From assembly GCF_009914755.1 (NCBI RefSeq), contig NC_060927.1: a stretch of DNA of 64,000 nucleotides. The stretch is one strand, 5' to 3'. The notes below the pieces were generated by a model, which saw only the letters and a list, made by a program, of their open reading frames with translations, was not told the origin of the DNA and did no database searches. Below are positions 40,477-52,828 of the stretch, in pieces. The position numbers were made by a program, and so were the translations under genes. Each line of letters opens with the position of its first letter. The first letter of the stretch is position 1. The DNA is from the human T2T-CHM13v2.0 reference genome, Homo sapiens.

Positions 40477-43400
40477 CTGGTTCATGGTAGAAACTGGTAG
40501 CAGGCATTATGCCTTGTAGCTTGCTTCCCTGGTTTGCTTGTAACCTAAGCAAAGTTGCACAATTTTGTTTGCTTTAGCTTTGGGAAATAATACCAACCTA
40601 AACATTGAGATTGGAGGCAAAGGATAACCAAGACCAGCACTTATTTTTACCTAAAAAATGTATATAAGTTTCTCTGATTTCCTCAAAGAGAAGGTATGGA
40701 AAAAAATTATTTAAAAATACATTTTGAAACATGGTGGATGTCTAGGAAGTAAGGGTAAAGTTTAGTTACTGTCTGAAACAGCAGAAGAACAAAGAGAAGT
40801 GCCACTCAGTAGTAGTACAAGCATTTCTCCAGAATCATTCATTCAGTTGATAAATTTTCTCTGTGACTTCTCATTATAAATCTGCCCCTTGTCACTCTCT
40901 TTGTGCTACTAAGAAATGTGTTTTGTACAGTTTCTTGAGAAAACAATTATGTGAGTCTTTCCATTTAATTGTCTTCATACCCTGCACTAGTTTACTACCA
41001 CCAAATATAGAAGTGCTCTTATCTGACACAATTTGAACCTATTGGTTAGTTGCTAGGAAAACTTATAGTGATGAATCATATACATAAGTATATATAGAAA
41101 ATATCTAAACAATTTATTTTAACTTAGAATATGTAAATATACATGTATTCATCATTCTTCTAATGTTGAACTAAAGCCCCCCCTTTGAGTATGTTACTGA
41201 TTGAAGTTCCTTAGCTCACCTATATGTTATTAGAAAACAGCTTTTTATCTTCTGAATGATTTACCTTCACTTAGTCTTCCCAAAGTGTTCAACTTAGTTT
41301 TCATAAAAACAGCTTCTTGTCTTTTACTCATAGTTTATCATTTATGTAATCTTTATGTAGTGACAACAGTGAGGTCACCTGGCAAAAACATGTTTAGGAA
41401 CAGAGATTCTGTGGGCAAACAATTCACTTGGGAGGAGAGGCCCTCAGGAAGAGTAGCCTTCTAGCCACAGGCATTCGGCTCTGAGCATCCATTACTATGT
41501 TTTACCGAGGCAGTGGAGAGATGAGTGAAGTGAGCTTCCACTGTTTTGTATCAGTTAAACTGAAGAACAAATTGGGCCTAGCAGACTCAGTTGTCATTTC
41601 AGATTGTCAGCTGACTTTACAGGGTAATTTATTAAGCTTTATTTTCTTTCCTAAAAATCTACCATTTTTAATTTTTAGCTTAATCCTTAATAAATTTTAC
41701 GTTCCTTAGAGCATTACCTTGAATGAGTAATTGTTTACAGAAGGTGTTGTTTAGCTTAAGGATTTCTTTCTTTTTTCTTAATATTAGTGAAAAATGTATA
41801 GCTCTAGAAAACTTTTAAAGGAACTATAGATTATATCATTGCCTCACTTATATGCGATTTGCAATAATTAATTATGGAATTTTTTTTGTAAAATGGACAC
41901 CCATTTTTTATCTCTGTGGTCATTCTATTTGTTTTCTGCTACTTAATGTGTATCAGCTGCACCTTCAGAAATTTAAGTGGTTAGTTCACAGTTTCTCACC
42001 TGATGGCATAAGGCTGCGCTAACGCCATCAGTAAGTTCTAGATCAGGCTATTTGAAAATTACATACATATGAGAAAGCATATAATAGTGTGCACAGGTAT
42101 GCTGCTATCTAGGCTAGTCTGTGCATTTAGCAGTTTCAGAGCATGAAGCTTTATATGCACACAACTTCCTATATGTGCATCCTGGAAACTTAGAATTATA
42201 CTTAGGAGGTGTGATGATGCAGAAGGAAGACATACAAAACCATGGATCCGATCCCTTCTTTAGTGTTTAAGTACATGACCTTAGGGAAATCTGTTAGGTT
42301 AACTGTTTCCTCCCTTAGAGCGGAAATGCCTAAGTGTATGGTAGGTGCTCAATAAATGCTCCAATGATATAAAAATTCTCACTTCTGGTTCCCACCTATT
42401 GCTTTACACTTCTGCATTTTTTATGTTCCTCTTTTTTTCTCGGTGTTCCCCTTCTTTGCCTAACTAACTGATCTTCAAACATCAAGATTTTGTTCCCCCA
42501 AGAGGCCTCCTGACAACGCCAATGAGAGTGAGATATTCCTCTTTGTCAACATTGTACATTCTTGTTGCCTTTGCATAGAGACTCTTCCCTCTGCCTGGAT
42601 ATATCACCACCTCCTTTTTCACATGATAAACTTCAATTAATTTTTCATCTTTTAGCTCAAGTGTCATTTCCTCTTTGAAGCAATACCTGACTATTTACAG
42701 ATTCTAGTGTTCCTCAGTTTACTCCACTTGTCCCATTAATCACTTTTCACACATACTGAAATCATTTAGTTTCATTGTTTTCTCACTGTTAAAGCATAAA
42801 TTCCTTGAACATGGAGATAAGTCATCTTTATCGCCCCAGGTTGCCTGGCACGTAGTAGCTGCTTATTAAACATCTGTTGAATAGAATGAATCAGCAAAAT
42901 GGAATAATAATAGTACATGTCCTTTATTTCTCACAAGTTTGTTGCTAAGGAAAATAAACAAAGGATTGTTAGGACTTTGTAAACTGAAATACTGCCCAAA
43001 ATAACATTTTTCTTTGGCTTGTCAGCCAGCAGTTTGCTGTTTAATGCTCTACGATTAGGACATGGATCTAGAGCTAACCTTCTCCTTTAAATCTTTTTTG
43101 GGTTATGGACACCTTTAAAGATTTGACAAAGCTTTGCAGGATCTCCTGCATAGGGGGAAATTCATCTGTACACAAGATTTCTGAAGCTCATCTACATTCT
43201 TTCTGGTTCTGGGAAACCAGGTTGAGAATCTCTGCTGTAACTTTATAGTACAATAAAAGTTACTGTGCCAGAGGTCCAGGATACCTCTAGAGGTAGAAAG
43301 GAGGCCATGTTAAACTTGTAGGTTAAAAGGAAACCTACACAGAAGGGAAATGACTTGAGCAGCCTTAGGGGATAGGTGTTATAAAAATGAATTAAAACAT

Positions 43401-43573
43401 TAAATTTGAGAGACAGGCACCAACAGTTTTTCTCTGAACTTGAGTGGTAGGAAATGCTAGCAAAAACTGGGTCCAGTTTATTCAACCAAATACTCAAGTG
43501 TCTGAGTTTTCAGTAGAAACTATTGATATGGGGGGAAAACAGTAGTAAAATCTTTTTTTTCATCTTTGAACAG

Positions 43574-44354
43574 GAGGCGTCTAAACTGGATCCAGTGGGC
43601 TTCCCTCCTGACTTTATTTTTGTCTATTGTGGCCTTGACTGCCGGGACTAAAACTTTACAGCACAACTTGGCAGGACGTGGATTTCATCACGATGCCTTT
43701 TTCAGCCCTTCCAATTCCTGCCTTCTTTTCAGAAGTGAGTGTCCCAGAAAAGACAATTGTACAGCAAAGGAATGGACTTTTCCTGAAGCTAAATGGAACA
43801 CCACAGCCAGAGTTTTCAGTCACATCCGTCTTGGCATGGGCCATGTTCTTATTATAGTCCAGTGTTTTATTTCTTCAATGGCTAATATCTATAATGAAAA
43901 GATACTGAAGGAAGGGAACCAGCTCACTGAAAGCATCTTCATACAGAACAGCAAACTCTATTTCTTTGGCATTCTGTTTAATGGGCTGACTCTGGGCCTT
44001 CAGAGGAGTAACCGTGATCAGATTAAGAACTGTGGATTTTTTTATGGCCACAGTGCATTTTCAGTAGCCCTTATTTTTGTAACTGCATTCCAGGGCCTTT
44101 CAGTGGCTTTCATTCTGAAGTTCCTGGATAACATGTTCCATGTCTTGATGGCCCAGGTTACCACTGTCATTATCACAACAGTGTCTGTCCTGGTCTTTGA
44201 CTTCAGGCCCTCCCTGGAATTTTTCTTGGAAGCCCCATCAGTCCTTCTCTCTATATTTATTTATAATGCCAGCAAGCCTCAAGTTCCGGAATACGCACCT
44301 AGGCAAGAAAGGATCCGAGATCTAAGTGGCAATCTTTGGGAGCGTTCCAGTGGG
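43574..44354 (+). CDS. SLC35A5: SLC35A5 exon 6 (RRLNWIQWASLL...NLWERSSG), multi-TM core with a Cys-containing loop
   Basis: 781 nt inside the 266-aa ORF 43566-44366; acag| acceptor and |gtaagt donor; nucleotide-sugar transporter motifs (QW..L..L, ANIYNEKILK, QN..LY.FG). Confidence 0.97.
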
Positions 44355-45707
44355 GTAAGTTTGTGAGGGTGTTCCTTTTTGCTTGTTCTTCCCAAATTTA
44401 AAGCATAGTTAATTCAAGGAAAAAAATAAAATCAGTACTGATTTGTCAAAGAATGTATTGGATCTCTGACTTTTAAAACCGAATCAACAAACATTCCTTT
44501 TACTCCTGATGTTTGCAAGGGCTCATAATCAATGCTGTCAGGTGTAGAGAAAAAGTATAAGTCAATCTCAAGGACCTTATGTGTTACTTCATAGAATACT
44601 ATAGAATTATACACCTGGAAGATACCTCACAGGTTGTCTTGTCCTGTCTGCATAGTTTTACAAGAAACAGGCAAAATGGTTTACAGATAATAAATGAAAG
44701 AACTGGTACACCTATGTCTGACTCCAAGTCCCTTTCTCTTTCTTTTCCACCATAGTTAGGGAAAATAAGCTCATTTGTGAGAGAAGTTGGCCTTTCGTAT
44801 TAGTAAGTCCTGTTGAATAGAAAGCCTGGCTCCTCAGTCCTCCCTGTGGTTATTCATAAGCCAGTATGCCAGAAGGGCAGGGTTTGTTTATTTCACTAGA
44901 AAGGTAGTTTTCAAGAGGATCCTTGCAAGGCGAGTAGGAGGAAAATATTTTCTAGAAAAATGCTTATGCAATTATTCCGAATATCTCCCAGTTGCTTGCA
45001 ATTGTTTTGGAAGGCTCTGTCAATCATTTTATTGGCAAGTTAATGATCTCTTTGAAGATTCAATTAAGGAGTTAAATATACGTTTAAATAAGTGAAATAG
45101 ACATCTAGCTTTAGATTTACAATTTTCTTGAGCACACAAAATATGAAATATTTTATACAGTGAACATTTCACTCTTTGGGAAAAATAATCTATTGCTTAA
45201 TAACATTCATAGCAGAGCTTCCCTGGGTGTAATGCCTCTGTCATGATTCAACAGATTCTAAAGATGAAAAAATTAGGATCTTGAGTTTCGGATACCCTGC
45301 TCTTAGCCAGAGTGTATATCCAGAAGTCTTGTATTCTTTTCCAACAGCCGATAATGCCATTTGCTCTAATTTTTAAGCAAAAGAAAATCTATATAGGTAA
45401 CAAGGCCTATGAAGACCTATTTCTCTAACCTTTAATCATTTTTCTGCAAGACCAGCAGGTGGTGCTCCTCACTTTGCTCATGTTAGCTTTGAAATTTTGA
45501 GTACTGAGTACACTTCACTTTTTTATCCTCTCATACTTCTATAGTTAACTTTCCAAGAACATAAGTATTTATTTAATTTGACCAGATTATATCTATAGCT
45601 TAATGAGGTAAGACCAGTGATTTGTTAGTAAGGTTTTCCCTTAGTAATCTTTAAAAATGCTACATTTCCAGTTTTGTTCTAATTACTGCTTTCATGTTTC
45701 CTTTTAG

Positions 45708-45773
45708 GATGGAGAAGAACTAGAAAGACTTACCAAACCCAAGAGTGATGAGTCAGATGAAGATACTTTCTAA
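45708..45773 (+). CDS. SLC35A5: SLC35A5 exon 7 coding part (DGEELERLTKPKSDESDEDTF*), acidic C-terminal tail
   Basis: tttag| acceptor; TAA at 45771-45773 is in frame. Confidence 0.96.
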   Translation, partial: DGEELERLTKPKSDESDEDTF

Positions 45774-47195
45774 CTGGTACCCACATAGTTTGCAGCTCTC
45801 TTGAACCTTATTTTCACATTTTCAGTGTTTGTAATATTTATCTTTTCACTTTGATAAACCAGAAATGTTTCTAAATCCTAATATTCTTTGCATATATCTA
45901 GCTACTCCCTAAATGGTTCCATCCAAGGCTTAGAGTACCCAAAGGCTAAGAAATTCTAAAGAACTGATACAGGAGTAACAATATGAAGAATTCATTAATA
46001 TCTCAGTACTTGATAAATCAGAAAGTTATATGTGCAGATTATTTTCCTTGGCCTTCAAGCTTCCAAAAAACTTGTAATAATCATGTTAGCTATAGCTTGT
46101 ATATACACATAGAGATCAATTTGCCAAATATTCACAATCATGTAGTTCTAGTTTACATGCCAAAGTCTTCCCTTTTTAACATTATAAAAGCTAGGTTGTC
46201 TCTTGAATTTTGAGGCCCTAGAGATAGTCATTTTGCAAGTAAAGAGCAACGGGACCCTTTCTAAAAACGTTGGTTGAAGGACCTAAATACCTGGCCATAC
46301 CATAGATTTGGGATGATGTAGTCTGTGCTAAATATTTTGCTGAAGAAGCAGTTTCTCAGACACAACATCTCAGAATTTTAATTTTTAGAAATTCATGGGA
46401 AATTGGATTTTTGTAATAATCTTTTGATGTTTTAAACATTGGTTCCCTAGTCACCATAGTTACCACTTGTATTTTAAGTCATTTAAACAAGCCACGGTGG
46501 GGCTTTTTTCTCCTCAGTTTGAGGAGAAAAATCTTGATGTCATTACTCCTGAATTATTACATTTTGGAGAATAAGAGGGCATTTTATTTTATTAGTTACT
46601 AATTCAAGCTGTGACTATTGTATATCTTTCCAAGAGTTGAAATGCTGGCTTCAGAATCATACCAGATTGTCAGTGAAGCTGATGCCTAGGAACTTTTAAA
46701 GGGATCCTTTCAAAAGGATCACTTAGCAAACACATGTTGACTTTTAACTGATGTATGAATATTAATACTCTAAAAATAGAAAGACCAGTAATATATAAGT
46801 CACTTTACAGTGCTACTTCACACTTAAAAGTGCATGGTATTTTTCATGGTATTTTGCATGCAGCCAGTTAACTCTCGTAGATAGAGAAGTCAGGTGATAG
46901 ATGATATTAAAAATTAGCAAACAAAAGTGACTTGCTCAGGGTCATGCAGCTGGGTGATGATAGAAGAGTGGGCTTTAACTGGCAGGCCTGTATGTTTACA
47001 GACTACCATACTGTAAATATGAGCTTTATGGTGTCATTCTCAGAAACTTATACATTTCTGCTCTCCTTTCTCCTAAGTTTCATGCAGATGAATATAAGGT
47101 AATATACTATTATATAATTCATTTGTGATATCCACAATAATATGACTGGCAAGAATTGGTGGAAATTTGTAATTAAAATAATTATTAAACCTATG
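45774..47195 (+). other. SLC35A5: SLC35A5 3' UTR
   Basis: Repeat-free sequence from the stop codon to the ATTAAA signals. Confidence 0.7.
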
Positions 47196-47210
47196 TCTTG
47201 TGTTGCCACT
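47172..47210 (+). terminator. Probable SLC35A5 poly(A) site
   Basis: ATTAAA at 47172 and 47184, followed by a GU-rich element (tgtcttgtgttg). Confidence 0.65.
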
Positions 47211-47696
47211 CTGTCATTTAGGGTGGGATGTAGAGTACTTTTAATCTTAAAAAATAGAGTGAGACAAAAACCTACACAACTTTTAAAACTTTCTCTTTAA
47301 GTAGATCTTTACTTCTAACAATAACAAAGGCATTTTCATCAGTTATGTGAAATACGAAGATTATATCTATTATAGCGATTTATTTTAAAGGTAAGGGAAA
47401 TGAGGTACAGCAGGACCTTTTTAGGAAATGTGGCATACAAAACATTTTTATCTCATAAAACATAAAAATTACAAAAATATTCTTACAAAGGTATCACATA
47501 CAGAATACATTAAATAGCAGATTTCAGTAGTGCATGGAGATTGATTTTCTTATTTACGATTACTTTTTTTCCTCACCTTCCTCTTTGGAAAGCATTTTTT
47601 GCACAAAGTTAAGTTTACTTATGTTAACTTGCCACTTAATGAGAGAGGAAGAGAAAGAGTGAGAGCACAAGATCATGTGCTGGAACTAAAAATGTT

Positions 47697-48603
47697 CTAT
47701 TCAACCCAGCAATCCCTCTACTGGGTACCTACCCAAAGGAAAATAAATCGTTTTATCAAAAAGACACTTGCAGTGGTATGTTTATCACAGCAGTATTCAC
47801 AGTAACAAAATCATGGACTCAACCTAAGTGTCCATCAGTGGTGCCTGGAATAAGAAAATGTGGTACATATACACCATGGAATACTTTGCAGCCATAAAAA
47901 ATAATGAAACCATGTGCTTTAAAGCCACATGGATGCAGCTGGAAGCCATTATCCTAACTGAAATAATTCAGAAACAGAAAATCAAATACCACATGTTCTC
48001 ACTTATAAGTGGGAGCTAAACAGTGGGTACATGTGGACACAGGATTCCAAAGTGAGAAGGGTGGTGTATTAGTCCATTCTCATGCTGCTACAAAGAAATA
48101 CCCGAGACTGGGTAATCTATAAAGAAAAGGGGTTTAAATGACTCGCAGTTCTGCATGGCTGGGGAGGAGGCCTCAGGAAACTCACAAGCATGGCTGAAGG
48201 CGAAACAGAAGCAAGCACCTTCTTCACAAGGCAGCAGGAGAGAGAGTGCCAACAGGGGAAATGGCAGATGCTTATAAAACCATCAGATCTCATGAGAACT
48301 TACTATCATGAGAACAGCATGGGGGAAACTGCCCCCATGATTCAATTACCCCCACCTGGTTCCTTCCTCAACACCTGGGGATTATGGGGATTACAATTCA
48401 AGATGAGATTTGGGCGGGTACAGAAAGCCTAACCATATCAGATGGGAAGGACATGAGGGTTGACAAAATATGTATTGGGTACAATGTTCACTGTTTGAGT
48501 GATGGGTCCACTAGAAGCCCAAACTTCACCATTATGCAATGTACCATATATACGCAATGTAACAAACCTGTACATGTACCCCTTCAATCTGAAATAAAAG
48601 TTG
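47697..48603 (+). mobile_element. L1 3' end (L1PA16/L1PB-like), interrupted by THE1
   Basis: ORF2 C-terminal remnant (KKMWYIYTMEYFAAIKNNE...) followed by the L1 3' UTR and AATAAA at 48593. Confidence 0.88.
48065..48440 (-). mobile_element. THE1/MST (MaLR) solo LTR nested in L1
   Basis: tgtattagtccattctc...accatatca; TSD ggtgg/gatgg. Confidence 0.9.
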
Positions 48604-51208
48604 TTTTTTTTTTTTAAGATGCGAAGTTCTGATATGTATCCACTGGAGGTCTTATGGGCACCACTGGTTTAAGAAGGTCAGAAGTCTGGAAACCATATCC
48701 TACATGCCCCTGAAATAAGGATAGTATAACCTGGAGAGGAGCAATTGTCATGTGAAAAAGGAAGTAGACATTTTTCTGCTCTGGAGAATCAAACTACAGT
48801 AAAATTTATATGGTAGTGATTATTATTTTATTATAATGAGGACTTTGCCAAAATAGGTTACTTTTCAACAGTTAAAAGAACCTTCCTGAAGAGTAATAGA
48901 GAATAGTAGTAAATTATCACTGAAGTTTTTAGGAAGAGATTGTGTCATCAGGATGTTTTAGAAGAGATTCCTTCATGAGTGTAGAAGTTGGACTGCTTTC
49001 TAAAGTCCCTTTCTATTTTTAGATTCTCTTCTGCACAGTTATGACCTACACATAATGCACTGAATCTGTTCCCTTGATAGTTTCTGCATAGGCTTTGGTT
49101 GTGCCACAAGTGTGGCCTGCAGTGAATGACCTGGTCTAACTCTGTCATTGGTCCTAGGACTGAACTGTCCAGGAATATGCCTAATCCTGAGGGAAAGCAT
49201 CAATATGGCTGTTGGTTATAGAGAGAAAGATGGCTTAGACTCAAGATCTCAAATCCTTGTCCAGCTGCATCTTGCTGCCGTGGGTTTTCAAGATCCACAT
49301 ACAGAGGGGATAACTTGACAGATTACTCTATAACTCTAAGGCTTTTTTTGCTTCTGAAGTCCCATGTGGAAGCCTTGTCACTTGTAAGCTGGACTAGACT
49401 GGGTAGATCTGCAGAGAATCTTTTTGCTTTTCTTTATAGACCCAATAGGCTCGATTAAATAGGCCATATCCTCCTTGGCTCCTTTTTCCTTTACCTATAT
49501 TCTGATTTTTCCCATGAACATCTACCTTTCCTGTGGGGAGAAGAGGCAGAGGAAGTCAAGCTCAATGAAGTGTGATATTTTTTTCTCTAAAACCTAGAGC
49601 AGAGTTTCTTAAACTTCCTTTTAACGGAAAAACAAATGTCATAAATGTCAGCATGGACTTTTTTCTACTTTACTGTTATTTAAATACGTACAAACATAAT
49701 ATGAAGTATAAACTGCTTATGCTTTTTATCTGAAAACCGAAACATTTACAAATTAAAATACAAAGCTTTACAACCAATAAATTTCTATTTCAAATATGAA
49801 TGTAATGAGAAAGTGACATTTTGCTCAAATAGAATCATAACAGACCCCCAACAGTCCTGCAGAACTTCTGCCCTCACTTGCTGTTTTAATTCCTTCAAGT
49901 ACCACCCTATGGCTGTCAAGATAACAGACTTGTTGACTTTGCAAATCATGCATTTAGTCCTGCTGTGGATTTATCAACTCATGTTCCTAACAATCCCATA
50001 TGGATGCTACTAACTCCCATTGGCCTTGGTGCCCTGGAAAGATTTTTAAAATATCAGCTTTATATGTTCCCTGAAGTTCTGAAAGAACTCACTAGTAAAA
50101 TTGCCTAGGCTTGGCACTTTTTTGAGATACTTTATTTTTCCCTCTCACAACATTCTCTCTCTCTCTTCCTTTTGCTCTTCTTGGTTCACTCTTGATCATT
50201 TGTTTTGCTAAAAAAAATCAGCCATTCATACAGATTTTTGAATTTATTTGCATAGGAGTTTATGATTTATTCTCATAATCCTTTGAATTTCCCATTGGTG
50301 TAGTTCTGTTTTATTTCTCATTCTTAATTTTTTGTCTGAAAGTTTTTTCTATTATTTTGTAAAAATATAGGTCCTAACTAGCTATTTCTAATTATTTTTT
50401 TCCATTTTTATTGTGGTAAAATGCACAGCATAAAATTTCGTGTCTTAACCATGGTAAGTGTACAGTTCAGTAGTTATTAAGCACATTTTTATATTTATAT
50501 TATGCAACCATCACCACTGTCTACCTCCAGAACCCTTTTCATGTTGCAAAACTGAAACTCTATACCCATTAAACAGTAACTCCCCATTCCTCCCTGCCCT
50601 CAGTCTATGGCAGCCAACATCCCACTTCCTGTCTTTATGTTTTTGACTATTCTAAATACCTCATTTATAAGTGGAATCATACAGTATTTGTCCTTTTGTG
50701 ACTGACTTCTTTTACATAGCATGATGTCCTCAAGGTTCATCAGTGTTGTAGTGTGTCAGAATCTCCTTGCTTTTTAAGACAGAATAATATGTCATTTTAT
50801 GTATATGCTACATTTCTTTATCCATTCATCCATCAATGGACACCTGGGTTGCTTACAGCAATTTAGCTCTTGTGAATAATGATGCTATGAACATAAGTGT
50901 ACAAATAATCTCTTAGAGATCTTGCTTTCAATTCTTTTGAGTATATATACATGAAAAGTGGGGAAAGGACTTGAATAGGCAGTTCTCCAAAGAAGATATA
51001 CAAATGACCAACGAGCACATGAAAAGATGATCAACATCACTAATTATTAGGGAAAGACAGATCAAATCTACCATGAGATATCACATCACACCCATTAAAA
51101 TGGCCACTAAAACATACACACACACAACAGAAAACAACAAGTGTTAGTATGTGGTGAACTTGGAACCCTTGTATACTGTTGGTGGGAATGTTGGTGGGTA
51201 TAGCTGAT

Positions 51209-51235
51209 GTGTATATATATATATATATATACACA

Positions 51236-51276
<41 letters not shown>
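51209..51276. repeat. Compound (TA)n(CA)n microsatellite
   Basis: Read directly. Confidence 0.95.
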
Positions 51277-51278
<2 letters not shown>

Positions 51279-52505
51279 GGATGTGGAATTACTGTATTAT
51301 ATGGTAATTATTTATAAATTAAAGGGTACATTTTTAATTTTTTGAGGATCTGACATACTGTTTTCCTTAGAAGCTCTATCATTTTACATTCCCTCCAACA
51401 GTATACAAGGGTTCCAAGTTCCTCATATACTCACCAACACTTGTTGTTTTCTGTTTTTGTTTTTGTTTATTTAATGGCCATGGTAATGGGTGTGATGATG
51501 TAGACTTGATTTCCCTTGCGCTAATAATTAGTGATGTTGAGCATCTTTTTATGTGCTTGTTGGTCATTTGTATATCTTCTTTGGAGAAATGCCTATTTAA
51601 GTCCTTTGTCCACTTTTGAATCTGGTTGTTTGTTTTGTTGCCATTGTTGAGTTTTAGGAGTTCTCTATATATCTTGATATTAATCCCCTATCAGATATAT
51701 TATTTGCAAATATTTTTCCTAATTCTGTGTCTTGCCTTTTTACTCTGTTGATAGTATGTTTTGATGTACAAAATTTTTAAATTTTAATGAAGTCCAAATT
51801 GTCTATTTTTTCTTCTATTGCCTGTGCCTTTGGTGTCATATCCAAGAGATCATTGCCAAATTGAATGTTGTGAAAATTTTTCCTTGTGTTTTCTATTGAG
51901 CTTTATAGTTTTAGGTCTCATACTTAGGTCTTGTATACATTTTGAGTTTATGTGAGTTTATTTTTGTACATGGTGTTAGGTAAGGGTCCAGCTTCATTCT
52001 TTGGCATGTGGACATCCAATTTTCTCAACACTCTTTGTTGAAAAGACTGTCTGTTCCCCCACTGATTGGTATTGTTATCCTCGTCAATAATCATTTGACT
52101 ACATATGTGAGGGTTTATTTCTGGAATCTTTGTTCTATTCCATTGGTCTGTATGTCTGTCTTTATGACAGTACTGTACTCTTTTGATTACTATAGATTTG
52201 TAGTCAATTTTGAAATCTAGAAGTATAAGTCCTTGGCTTTATTCTTCATTTTCAAGATTGTTTTGGCTATGCAGGGTCCCTTGATATTCTATATGAATTT
52301 TACGATGGGTTTTTCTATTTCTGCAAAAAAAAAGTATTAAGATTTTGATATGGATTGCATTAAATCTGTAGATCATTTTAGTTAATATTGACAGCTTAAT
52401 AAAATTGTCTTCCAATTTACGTATATCTTTTCATTTATTTATGTCTTTAATTTTCAGAAATGTTTTGTAGCCTTCGTTGTACAAGTCTTTTACCTCCATG
52501 GTTAA

Positions 52506-52828
<323 letters not shown>

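Noticed and set aside
42000-42031. Small hairpin ctgatggc...gccatcag
   Set aside because: An 8-bp stem is expected by chance; no snoRNA box or pre-miRNA architecture.
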